Positions 50,286-64,000 of a DNA stretch of 64,000 nucleotides are shown piece after piece (position 1 is the first letter of the stretch; the number at the start of each line of letters is the position of its first letter). The stretch lies in the NCBI GenBank assembly GCA_002269645.1, contig NIVC01000821.1:139-64138 (forward strand), written 5' to 3'. Made by a program: the position numbers and the translations under genes. The DNA is from Macrostomum lignano. Taxonomy: Eukaryota. The notes beneath the pieces are model-generated. The model searched no databases and had not been told where the DNA came from. It saw nothing but the letters and a program-made list of their open reading frames with translations.

Positions 50286-53200
50286 GCGTCATGTAAAAAA
50301 TCATAGAAGCGTCTTGTAAAAATCATAGAAGCGTCATGTAAACAATCATAGAAGCGTCATGTAAACAATCATAGAAGCGTCGTGTAAAAATCATAGAAGC
50401 GTCATGTAAAAAATCATAGAAGCGTCATGTAAAAATCATAGAAGCGTCATGTAAACAATCATAGAAGCGTCATGTAAAAATCATAGAAGCGTCATGTAAA
50501 AATCATAGAAGCGTCATGTAAACAATCATAAAAGCGTCATGTAAAAATCATAGAAGCGTCATGAAACAATCATAGAAGCGTCGTGTAAAAATCATAGAAG
50601 CGTCATGTAAAAATCATAGAAGCGTCATGAAACAATCATAGAAGCGTCATGTAAACAATCATAGAAGCGTCATATAAACAATCGTAGAAGCATCATGTAA
50701 AAATCATAGAAGCGTCATGTAAACAATCCTAGAAGCGTTATGTAAACAATCCTAGAAGCGTCATGTAAACAATCCTAGAAGCGTCATGTAAACAATCATA
50801 GAAGCGCCAAGTAAAAATCATAAAAGCGTCATGTAAAATATCATTCAAGCGTCATTTAAACAATCATAGAAGCGTCATGTAAACAAGCATAGAAGCATCA
50901 TGAAACAATCATAGAAGCGTCATGTAAAAATCATAGAAGCGCCATGTAAACAATCATAGAAGCGTCATGTCAAAATCATAGAAGCGTCATGTAAACAATC
51001 ATAGAAGCGTCATGTAAAAAATCATAGAAGCGTCATGTAAACAATCATAGAAGCGTCATGTAAAAATCATAGAAGCGTCATGTAAAAATCATAGAAGCGT
51101 CATGTAAACAATCATAGAAGCGTCATGTAAAAATCATTGAAGCGTCATGAAACAATCATAGAAGCGTCGTGTAAAAATCATAGAAGCGTCATGTAAAAAT
51201 CATAGAAGCGTCATGAAACAATCATAGAAGCGTCATGTAAACAATCATAGAAGCGTCATATAAACAATCGTAGAAGCGTCATGTAAAAATCATAGAAGCG
51301 TCATGTAAACAATCCTAGAAGCGTTATGTAAACAATCATAGAAGCGTCATGTAAACAATCCTAGAAGCGTCATGTAAACAATCATAGAAGCGCGAAGTAA
51401 AAATCATAAAAGCGTCATGTAAAATATCATTCAAGCGTCATTTAAACAATCATAGAAGCGTCATGTAAACAAGCATAGAAGCGTCATGAAACAATCATAG
51501 AAGCGTCATGTAAAAATCATAGAAGCGCCATGTAAACAATCATAGAAGCGTCATGTCAAAATCATAGAAGCGTCATGTAAACAATCATAGAAGCGTCATG
51601 AAACAATCATAGAAGCGTCATGTAAACAATCATAGAAGCGTCATATAAACAATCATAGAAGCGTCATGTAAAAATCATAGAAGCGTCATGTAAACAATCA
51701 TAGAAGCGTCATGAAACAATCATAGAAGCGTCATGTAAAAATCATAGAAGCGTCATGTAAACAATCATAGAAGCGTCATGTAAACAATCATAGAAGCGTC
51801 ATGTAAACAATCATAGAAGCGCCATGTAAAAATCATAAAAGCGTCATGTAAAATATCATTCAAGCGTCATTTAAACAATCATAGAAGCGTCATGAAACAA
51901 TCATAGAAGCGTCATGTAAACAATCATAGAAGCGCCATGTAAAAAATCATAGAAGCGTCATGTAAACAATCATAGAAGCGTCATGTAAACAATCATAGAA
52001 GCGTCATGTAAAAATCATAGAAGCGTCATGTAAACAATCATAGAAGCGTCATGTAAAAATCATAGAAGCGTCATGTAAACAATCATAGAAGCGTCATGTA
52101 AAAATCATAGAAGCGTCATGAAACAATCATAGAAGCGTCGTGTAAAAATCATAGAAGCGTCATGTAAAAATCATAGAAGCGTCATGAAACAATCATAGAA
52201 GCGTCATGTAAACAATCATAGAAGCGTCATATAAACAATCGTAGAAGCGTCATGTAAAAATCATAGAAGCGTCATGTAAACAATCCTAGAAGCGTTATGT
52301 AAACAATCATAGAAGCGTCATGTAAACAATCCTAGAAGCGTCATGTAAACAATCATAGAAGCGCGAAGTAAAAATCATAAAAGCGTCATGTAAAATATCA
52401 TTCAAGCGTCATTTAAACAATCATAGAAGCGTCATGTAAACAAGCATAGAAGCGTCATGAAACAATCATAGAAGCGTCATGTAAAAATCATAGAAGCGCC
52501 ATGTAAACAATCATAGAAGCGTCATGTCAAAATCATAGAAGCGTCATGTAAACAATCATAGAAGCGTCATGAAACAATCATAGAAGCGTCATGTAAACAA
52601 TCATAGAAGCGTCATATAAACAATCATAGAAGCGTCATGTAAAAATCATAGAAGCGTCATGTAAACAATCATAGAAGCGTCATGAAACAATCATAGAAGC
52701 GTCATGTAAAAATCATAGAAGCGTCATGTAAACAATCATAGAAGCGTCATGTAAACAATCATAGAAGCGTCATGTAAACAATCATAGAAGCGCCATGTAA
52801 AAATCATAAAAGCGTCATGTAAAATATCATTCAAGCGTCATTTAAACAATCATAGAAGCGTCATGAAACAATCATAGAAGCGTCATGTAAACAATCATAG
52901 AAGCGCCATGTAAAAAATCATAGAAGCGTCATGTAAACAATCATAGAAGCGTCATGAAACAATCATAGAAGCGTCATGTAAACAATCATAGAAGCGTCAT
53001 ATAAACAATCATAGAAGCGTCATGTAAAAATCATAGAAGCGTCATGTAAACAATCATAGAAGCATCATGAAACAATCATAGAAGCGTCATGTAAAAATCA
53101 TAGAAGCGTCATGTAAACAATCATAGAAGCGTCATGTAAACAATCATGGAAGCGTCATGTAAACAATCATAAAAGCGCCATGTAAAAATCATAAAAGCGT

Positions 53201-56200
53201 CATGTAAAATATCATTCAAGCGTCATTTAAACAATCATAGAAGCGTCATGAAACAATCATAGAAGCGTCATGTAAACAATCATAGAAGCGTCATGTAAAC
53301 AATCCTAGAAGCGTTATGTAAACAATCCTAGAAGCGTCATGTAAACAATCATAGAAGCGTCATGTAAACAATCCTAGAAGCGTCATGTAAAAAGTCCTAG
53401 AAGCGTCATGTAAACAATCATAGAAGCGTCATGTAAACAATCCTAGAAGCGTCATGTAAACAATCCTAGAAGCGTCATGTAAACAATCCTAGAAGCGTCA
53501 TGTAAACAATCCTAGAAGCGTCATGTAAACAATCATAGAAGCGTCATGTAAACAATCCTAGAAGCGTCATGTAATTAATCATAGAAGCGTCATGTAAACA
53601 ATCATAGAAGCGCCATGTAAAAATCATAAAAGCGTCATGTAAACAATCATAGAAGCGTCATGTAAACAAGCATAGAAGAATGTAAACAATCATAGAAGCG
53701 TCATGTAAAAATCATAGAAGCGTCATGAAACAATCATAGAAGCGTCATGTAAAAAATCATAAAAGCGTCATGTAAACAATCATAGAAGCGTCATGTAAAC
53801 AAGCATAGAAGAATGTAAACAATCATAGAAGCGTCATGTAAAAATCATAGAAGCGTCATGAAACAATCATAGAAGCGTCATGTAAAAATCATAGAAGCGT
53901 CATGTAAAAATCATAGAAGCGTCATGTAAACAATCATAGAAGCGTCATGTAAAAATCATAGAAGCGTCATGTAAAAATCATAGAAGCGTCATGTAAACAA
54001 TCATAAAAGCGTCATGTAAAAATCATAGAAGCGTCATGAAACAATCATAGAAGCGTCGTGTAAAAATCATAGAAGCGTCATGTAAAAATCATAGAAGCGT
54101 CATGAAACAATCATAGAAGCGTCATGTAAACAATCATAGAAGCGTCATATAAACAATCGTAGAAGCGTCATGTAAAAATCATAGAAGCGTCATGTAAACA
54201 ATCATAGAAGCGTTATGTAAACAATCATAGAAGCGTCATGTAAACAATCCTAGAAGCGTCATGTAAACAATCATAGAAGCGCCAAGTAAAAATCATAAAG
54301 CGTCATGTAAAATATCATTCAAGCGTCATTAAACATCATAGAAGCGTCATGTAAAGAAGCATAGAAGCGTCATGAAACAATCATAGAAGCGTCATGTAAA
54401 AATCATAGAAGCGCCATGTAAACAATCATAGAAGCGTCATGTCAAAATCATAGAAGCGTCATGTAAACAATCATAGAAGCGTCATGAAACAATCATAGAA
54501 GCGTCATGTAAAAATCATAGAAGCGTCATGTAAACAATCATAGAAGCGTCATGTAAACAATCATAGAAGCGTCATGTAAACAATCATAGAAGCGCCATGT
54601 AAAAATCATAAAAGCGTCATGTAAAATATCATTCAAGCGTCATTTAAACAATCATAGAAGCGTCATGAAACAATCATAGAAGCGTCATGTAAACAATCAT
54701 AGAAGCGCCATGTAAAAAATCATAGAAGCGTCATGTAAACAATCATAGAAGCGTCATGTAAACAATCATAGAAGCGTCATGTAAAAATCATAGAAGCGTC
54801 ATGTAAACAATCATAGAAGCGTCATGTAAAAATCATAGAAGCGTCATGTAAACAATCATAGAAGCGTCATGTAAAAATCATAGAAGCGTCATGAAACAAT
54901 CATAGAAGCGTCGTGTAAAAATCATAGAAGCGTCATGTAAAAATCATAGAAGCGTCATGAAACAATCATAGAAGCGTCATGTAAACAATCATAGAAGCGT
55001 CATATAAACAATCGTAGAAGCGTCATGTAAAAATCATAGAAGCGTCATGTAAACAATCCTAGAAGCGTTATGTAAACAATCATAGAAGCGTCATGTAAAC
55101 AATCCTAGAAGCGTCATGTAAACAATCATAGAAGCGCGAAGTAAAAATCATAAAAGCGTCATGTAAAATATCATTCAAGCGTCATTTAAACAATCATAGA
55201 AGCGTCATGTAAACAAGCATAGAAGCGTCATGAAACAATCATAGAAGCGTCATGTAAAAATCATAGAAGCGCCATGTAAACAATCATAGAAGCGTCATGT
55301 CAAAATCATAGAAGCGTCATGTAAACAATCATAGAAGCGTCATGAAACAATCATAGAAGCGTCATGTAAACAATCATAGAAGCGTCATATAAACAATCAT
55401 AGAAGCGTCATGTAAAAATCATAGAAGCGTCATGTAAACAATCATAGAAGCGTCATGAAACAATCATAGAAGCGTCATGTAAAAATCATAGAAGCGTCAT
55501 GTAAACAATCATAGAAGCGTCATGTAAACAATCATAGAAGCGTCATGTAAACAATCATAGAAGCGCCATGTAAAAATCATAAAAGCGTCATGTAAAATAT
55601 CATTCAAGCGTCATTTAAACAATCATAGAAGCGTCATGAAACAATCATAGAAGCGTCATGTAAACAATCATAGAAGCGCCATGTAAAAAATCATAGAAGC
55701 GTCATGTAAACAATCATAGAAGCGTCATGAAACAATCATAGAAGCGTCATGTAAACAATCATAGAAGCGTCATATAAACAATCATAGAAGCGTCATGTAA
55801 AAATCATAGAAGCGTCATGTAAACAATCATAGAAGCATCATGAAACAATCATAGAAGCGTCATGTAAAAATCATAGAAGCGTCATGTAAACAATCATAGA
55901 AGCGTCATGTAAACAATCATGGAAGCGTCATGTAAACAATCATAAAAGCGCCATGTAAAAATCATAAAAGCGTCATGTAAAATATCATTCAAGCGTCATT
56001 TAAACAATCATAGAAGCGTCATGAAACAATCATAGAAGCGTCATGTAAACAATCATAGAAGCGTCATGTAAACAATCCTAGAAGCGTTATGTAAACAATC
56101 CTAGAAGCGTCATGTAAACAATCATAGAAGCGTCATGTAAACAATCCTAGAAGCGTCATGTAAAAAATCCTAGAAGCGTCATGTAAACAATCATAGAAGC

Positions 56201-59200
56201 GTCATGTAAACAATCCTAGAAGCGTCATGTAAACAATCCTAGAAGCGTCATGTAAACAATCCTAGAAGCGTCATGTAAACAATCCTAGAAGCGTCATGTA
56301 AACAATCATAGAAGCGTCATGTAAACAATCCTAGAAGCGTCATGTAATTAATCATAGAAGCGTCATGTAAACAATCATAGAAGCGCCATGTAAAAATCAT
56401 AAAAGCGTCATGTAAACAATCATAGAAGCGTCATGTAAACAAGCATAGAAGAATGTAAACAATCATAGAAGCGTCATGTAAAAATCATAGAAGCGTCATG
56501 AAACAATCATAGAAGCGTCATGTAAAAAATCATAAAAGCGTCATGTAAACAATCATAGAAGCGTCATGTAAACAAGCATAGAAGAATGTAAACAATCATA
56601 GAAGCGTCATGTAAAAATCATAGAAGCGTCATGAAACAATCATAGAAGCGTCATGTAAAAAATCATAGAAGCGTCATGTAAAAAGCATAGAAGCGTCATG
56701 TAAAAAATCATAGAAGCGTCATGTAAAAATCATAGAAGCGTCATGTAAAAATCATAGAAGCGTCATGTAAACAATCATAGAAGCGTCATGTAAAAATCAT
56801 AGAAGCGTCATGAAACAATCATAGAAGCGTCGTGTAAAAATCATAGAAGCGTCATGTAAAAATCATAGAAGCGTCATGAAACAATCATAGAAGCGTCATG
56901 TAAACAATCATAGAAGCGTCATATAAACAATCGTAGAAGCGTCATGTAAAAATCATAGAAGCGTCATGTAAACAATCCTAGAAGCGTTATGTAAACAATC
57001 ATAGAAGCGTCATGTAAACAATCCTAGAAGCGTCATGTAAACAATCATAGAAGCGCAAGTAAAAATCATAAAGCGTCATGTAAAATATCATTCAAGCGTC
57101 ATTAAACATCATAGAAGCGTCATGTAAACAAGCATAGAAGCGTCATGAAACAATCATAGAAGCGTCATGTAAAAATCATAGAAGCGCCATGTAAACAATC
57201 ATAGAAGCGTCATGTCAAAATCATAGAAGCGTCATGTAAAAATCATAGAAGCGTCATGAAACAATCATAGAAGCGTCATGTAAACAATCATAGAAGCGTC
57301 ATATAAACAATCATAGAAGCGTCATGTAAAAATCATAGAAGCGTCATGTAAACAATCATAGAAGCGTCATGAAACAATCATAGAAGCGTCATGTAAAAAT
57401 CATAGAAGCGTCATGTAAACAATCATAGAAGCGTCATGTAAACAATCATAGAAGCGTCATGTAAACAATCATAGAAGCGTCGTGTAAAAATCATAGAAGC
57501 GTCATGTAAACAATCATAGAAGCGTCATATAAACAATCATAGAAGCGTCATGTAAAAATCATAGAAGCGTCATGTAAACAATCATAGAAGCGTCATGTAA
57601 AAATCATAGAAGCGTCATGTAAACAATCATAGAAGCGTCATGTAAACAATCATAGAAGCGTCATGTAAACAATCATAAAAGCGCCATGTAAAAATCATAA
57701 AAGCGTCATGTAAAATATCATTCAAGCGTCATTTAAACAATCATAGAAGCGTCATGAAACAATCATAGAAGCGTCATGTAAACAATCATAGAAGCGCCAT
57801 GTAAAAAATCATAGAAGCGTCATGTAAACAATCATAGAAGCGTCATGTAAACAATCATAGAAGCGTCATGTAAAAATCATAGAAGCGTCATGTAAACAAT
57901 CATAGAAGCGTCATGTAAAAATCATAGAAGCGTCATGTAAAAATCATAGAAGCGTCATGTAAACAATCATAGAAGCGTCATGTAAAAATCATAGAAGCGT
58001 CATGAAACAAGCATAGAAGCGTCGTGTAAAAATCATAGAAGCGTCATGTAAAAATCATAGAAGCGTCATGAAACAATCATAGAAGCGTCATGTAAACAAT
58101 CATAGAAGCGTCATATAAACAATCGTAGAAGCGTCATGTAAAAATCATAGAAGCGTCATGTAAACAATCATAGAAGCGTTATGTAAACAATCATAGAAGC
58201 GTCATGTAAACAATCATAGAAGCGCGAAGTAAAAATCATAAAAGCGTCATGTAAAATATCATTCAAGCGTCATTTAAACAATCATAGAAGCGTCATGTAA
58301 ACAAGCATAGAAGCGTCATGAAACAATCATAGAAGCGTCATGTAAAAATCATAGAAGCGTCATGTAAACAATCATAGAAGCGTCATGTAAACAATCATAG
58401 AAGCGTCATGTAAAAATCATAGAAGCGTCATGAAACAATCATAGAAGCGTCATGTAAACAATCATAGAAGCGTCATATAAACAATCATAGAAGCGTCATG
58501 TAAAAATCATAGAAGCGTCATGTAAACAATCATAGAAGCGTCATGAAACAATCATAGAAGCGTCATGTAAAAATCATAGAAGCGTCATGTAAACAATCAT
58601 AGAAGCGCGAAGTAAAAATCATAAAAGCGTCATGTAAAATATCATTCAAGCGTCATTTAAACAATCATAGAAGCGTCATGTAAACAACATAGAAGCGTCA
58701 TGAAACAATCATAGAAGCGTCATGTAAAAAATCATAGAAGCGTCATGTAAACAATCATAGAAGCGTCATGTAAAAAATCATAGAAGCGTCATGTAAACAA
58801 TCATAGAAGCGTCATGAAACAATCATAGAAGCGTCATGTAAACAATCATAGAAGCGTCATATAAACAATCATAGAAGCGTCACGTAAAAATCATAGAAGC
58901 GTCATGTAAACAATCATAGAAGCGTCATGAAACAATCATAGAAGCGTCATGTAAAAATCATAGAAGCGTCATGTAAACAATCATAGAAGCGTCATGTAAA
59001 CAATCATAGAAGCGTCATGTAAACAATCATAGAAGCGTCATGTAAAAATCATAAAGCGTCATGTAAAAATATCATAAGCGTCATGTAAACAATCATAGAA
59101 GCGTCATGTAAACAATCATAGAAGCGTCATGTAAACAATCATAGAAGCGCATGTAAAAAATCATAGAAGCGTCATGTAAAAATCATAGAAGCGTCATGTA

Positions 59201-62200
59201 AACAATCATAGAAGCGTCATGTAAAAATCATAGAAGCGTCATGTAAACAATCATAGAAGCGTCATGTAAAAATCATAGAAGCGTCATGTAAAAATCATAG
59301 AAGCGTCATGTAAAAATCATAGAAGCGTCATGTAAAACAATCATAGAAGCGTCATGTAAAAATCATAGAAGCGTCATGTAAAAATCATAGAAGCGTCATG
59401 TAAACAATCATAGAAGCGTCATGTAAACAATCATAGAAGCGTCATGTAAACAATAGAAGCGTCATGTAAAAATCATAGAAGCGTCATGTAAACAATCATA
59501 GAAGCGTATGTAAACAATCATAGAAGCGTCATGTAAACAATCATAGAAGCGTCATGTAAACAATCATAGAAGCGCATGTAAAAATCATAGAAGCGTCATG
59601 TAAAAATCATAGCGTCATTAAACAATCATAGAAGCGTCATGTAAACAATCATAGAAGCGTCATGAAACAATCATAGAAGCGTCATGTAAAAATCATAGAA
59701 GCGTCATGTAAACAATCATAGAAGCGTCATGTAAAAATCATAGAAGCGTCATGTAAACAATCATAGAAGCGTCATAAACAATCATAGAAGCGTCATGTAA
59801 ACAATCATAGAAGCGTCATGTAAACAATCATAGAAGCGTCATGTAAAAATCATAGAAGCGTCATGTAAACAATCATAGAAGCGTCATGAAACAATCATAG
59901 AAGCGTCATGTAAACAATCATAGAAGCGTCATGTAAACAATCATAGAAGCGTCATGTAAACAATCATAGAAGCGTCATGTAAACAATCATAGAAGCGTCA
60001 TGTAAAAATCATAAAAGCGTCATGTAAAAATCATAAGCGTCATTTAAACAATCATAGAAGCGTCATGAAACAATCATAGAAGCGTCATGTAAACAATCAT
60101 AGAAGCGCCATGTAAAAAATCATAGAAGCGTCATGTAAAAATCATAGAAGCGTCATGAAACAATCATAGAAGCGTCATGTAAACAATCATAGAAGCGTCA
60201 TATAAACATCATAGAAGCGTCATGTAAAAATCATAGAAGCGTCATGTAAACAATCATAGAAGCGTCATGTAAACAATCATAGAAGCGTCATGTAAAAATC
60301 ATAGAAGCGTCATGTAAACAATCATAGAAGCGTCATGTAAACAATCATGAAGCGTCATGTAAACAATCATAAAGCGTCATGTAAAAATCATAAAGCGTCA
60401 TGTAAAAATCATAGAAGCGTCATTTAAAACAATCATAGCGTAACATCATAAACGTCAAACAAGAAGCGTCATGTATAGAACATGAAGAATAGGTCATGTA
60501 AACAATCATAGAAGCGTCATGTAAACAATCATAGAAGCGTCATGTAAACAATCATAGAAGCGTCATGTAAAAATCTAGAAGCGTCATGTAAACAATCATA
60601 GAAGCGTCATGTAAACAATCCTAGAAGCGTCATGTAAACAATCATAGAAGCGTCATGTAAACAATCATAGAAGCGTCATGTAAACAATCATAGAAGCGTC
60701 ATGTAAACAATCATAGAAGCGTCATGTAAAAATCATAGAAGCGTCATGTAAACAATCATAGAAGCGTCATGTAAAAATCATAGAAGCGTCATGTAAACAA
60801 TCATAGAAGCGTCATGTAAAATCATAGAAGCGTCATGTAAACAATCATAGAAGCGTCATGTAAACAATCATAGAAGCGTCATGTAAAATCATAGAAGCGT
60901 CATGTAAACAATCATAGAAGCATGTAACAATCATAGAAGCGTCATGTAAACAATCATAGAAGCGTCATGTAAACAATCATAGAAGCGTCATGTAAAAATC
61001 ATAGAAGCGTCATGTAAACAATCATAGAAGCGTCATGAAACAATCATAGAAGCGTCATGTAAATCATAGAAGCGTCATGTAAACAATCATAGAAGCGTCA
61101 TGTAAAAATCATAGAAGCGTCATGTAAACAATCATAGAAGCGTCATGTAAACAATCATAGAAGCGTCATGTAAAAATCATAGAAGCGTCATGTAAACAAT
61201 CATAGAAGCGTCATGTAAACAATCATAGAAGCGTCATGTAAACAATCATAGAAGCGTCATGTAAACAATCATAGAAGCGTCATGTAAAAATCATAGAAGC
61301 GTCATGTAAACAATCATAGAAGCGTCATGTAAAAATCATAGAAGCGTCATGTAAAAATCATAGAAGCGTCATGTAAACAATCATAGAAGCGTCATGTAAA
61401 CAATCATAGAAGCGTCATGTAAACAATCATAGAAGCGTCATGTAAACAATCATAGAAGCGTCATGTAAACAATCATAGAAGCGTCATGTAAACAATCATA
61501 GAAGCGTCATGTAAACAATCATAGAAGCGTCATGTAAAAATCATAGAAGCGTCATGTAAACAATCATAGAAGCGTCATGTAAACAATCATAGAAGCGTCA
61601 TGTAAACAATCATAGAAGCGTCATGTAAAAATCATAGAAGCGTCATGTAAACAATCATAGAAGCGTCATGTAAAACAATCATAGAAGCGTCATGTAAACA
61701 ATAGAAGCGTCATGAAACAATCATAGAAGCGTCATGTAAAAATCATAGAAGCGTCATGTAAAAATCATAGAAGCGTCATGAAACAATCATAGAAGCGTCA
61801 TGTAAACAATCATAGAAGCGTCATGTAAACAATCATAGAAGCGTCATGTAAAAATCATAGAAGCGTCATGTAAACAATCATAGAAGCGTCATGTAAACAA
61901 TCATAGAAGCGTCATGTAAAATCATAGAAGCGTCATGTAAACAATCATAGAAGCGTCATGTAAAAATCATAGAAGCGTCATGTAAAAATCATAGAAGCGT
62001 CATTAAACAATCATAGAAGCGTCATGTAAACAACATAGAAGCGTCATGAAACAATCATAGAAGCGTCATGTAAAAATCATAGAAGCGTCATGTAAACAAT
62101 CATAGAAGCGTCATGTAAAAATCATAGAAGCGTCATGTAAACAATCATAGAAGCGTCATGTAAACAATCATAGAAGCGTCATGTAAACAATCATAGAAGC

Positions 62201-64000
62201 GTCATGTAAACAATCATAGAAGCGTCATGTAAAAATCATAGAAGCGTCATGTAAAATCATAGAAGCGTCATGAACAATCATAGAAGCGTCATGTAAACAA
62301 TCATAGAAGCGTCATGTAAACAATCATAGAAGCGTCATGTAAACAATCATAGAAGCGTCATGTAAAAATCATAGAAGCGTCATGTAAAAATCATAGAAGC
62401 GTCATGTAAACAATCATAGAAGCGTCATGTAAACAATCATAGAAGCGTCATGTAAACAATCATAGAAGCGTCATGTAAAAATCATAGAAGCGTCATGTAA
62501 ACAATCATAGAAGCGTCATGAACAATCATAGAAGCGTCATGTAAACAATCATAGAAGCGTCATTAAACAATCATAGAAGCGTCATGTAAAAATCATAGAA
62601 GCGTCATGTAAAATCATAGAAGCATCATGAAACAATCATAGAAGCGTCATGTAAAAATCATAGAAGCGTCATGTAAACAATCATAGAAGCGTCATGTAAA
62701 ACATCATGAAGCGTCATGTAAACAATCATAGAAGCCATGTAAAAATCATAAAGCGTCATGTAAATCATTCAAGCGTCATTAACAATCATAGAAGCGTCAT
62801 GTAAACAATCATAGAAGTCATGTAAACAATCATAAAGCGTCATGTAAAACAATCATAGAAGCGTATGTAAACAATCATAGAAGCGTCATGTAAACAATCA
62901 TAGAAGCGTCATGTAAACAATCCTAGAAGCGTCATGTAAAAATCTAGAAGCGTCATGTAACAATCATAGAAGCGTCATGTAAACAATCATAGAAGCGTCA
63001 TGTAAAAATCATAGAAGCGTCATGTAAACAATCATAGAAGCGTCATGTAAACAATCATAGAAGCGTCATGTAAACAATCATAGAAGCGTCATGTAAACAA
63101 TCATAGAAGCGTCATGTAAAAATCATAGAAGCGTCATGTAAACAATCATAGAAGCGCCATGTAAATCATAAAAGCGTCATGTAAACAATCATAGAAGCGT
63201 CATGTAAACAATCATAGAAGATGTAAACAATCATAGAAGCGTCATGTAAACAATCATAGAAGCGTCATGTAAACAATCATAGAAGCGTCATGTAAAAATC
63301 ATAGAAGCGTCATGTAAACAATCATAGAAGCGTCATGTAAAACAATCATAGAAGCGTCATGTAAACAATCATAGAAGCGTCATGTAAACAATCATAGAAG
63401 CGTCATGTAAAAATCATAGAAGCGTCATGTAAAAATCATAGAAGCGTCATGAACAATCATAGAAGCGTCATGTAAAAATCATAGAAGCGTCATGTAAAAT
63501 CATAGAAGCGTCATGTAAACAATCATAGAAGCGTCATGTAAAAATCATAGAAGCGTCATGTAAAAATCATAGAAGCGTCCGTGTAAATCATAGAAGCGTC
63601 ATGTAAACAATCATAGAAGCGTCATGTAAAATCATAGAAGCGTCATGTAAACAATCATAGAAGCGTCATGTAAACAATCATAGAAGCGTCATGTAAAATC
63701 ATAGAAGCGTCATGTAAACAATCATAGAAGCGTCATGTAAACAATCATAGAAGCGTCATGAAACAATCATAGAAGCGTCATGTAAACAATCATAGAACGT
63801 CATGTAAACAATCATAGAAGCGTCATGTAAAAATCATAGAAGCGTCATGTAAACAATCATAGAAGCGTCATGTAAACAACATAGAAGCGTCATGTAACAA
63901 TCATAGAAGCGTCATGTAAACAATCATAGAAGCGCAAGTAAACAATCATAGAAGCGTCATGTAAACATCATTCAAGCGTCATTTAAACAATCATAGAAGC
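50286..64000. repeat. 23-bp satellite B, CATGTAAACAATCATAGAAGCGT, about 600 monomers, continuing past the window
   Basis: Uninterrupted tandem array with 22-bp variants (GTAAAAATC, GAAACAATC) and landmark variants (ATATCATTCAAGCG). Confidence 0.99.

Overview
Eukaryotic (invertebrate metazoan-like) genomic DNA with spliceosomal introns, GC-rich exons and very dense tandem repeats; the style recalls the flatworm Macrostomum, but the species cannot be established from sequence alone. Positions ~1104-41778 form one giant inverted duplication: two ~20 kb arms around a 355-N gap (21255-21609) plus a 186-bp unique spacer. Each arm carries SLC25A46, a SYT14/SYT16-like tandem-C2 gene and TP53I11, for which I reconstructed exon chains with consistent phases. 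The right SLC25A46 is complete (531 aa); the left copy lacks exon 1 in the window and has three 1-bp deletions. The left arm starts exactly at a DNA-transposon terminal repeat. Positions 43-50 kb are a transposon nest: three MITEs, a solo LTR and three Helitron-like 5' ends. Two head-to-head Helitron-like copies each carry a tRNA-Ser-like module followed by a 23-bp satellite; the right one runs at least 13.7 kb to the window end and shows a 2,773-bp higher-order repeat. Main caveat: a gap at the centre of a palindrome is also the signature of two haplotigs mis-joined, and several homopolymer indels look like long-read errors. All homology calls are from recalled protein sequences, not database searches.
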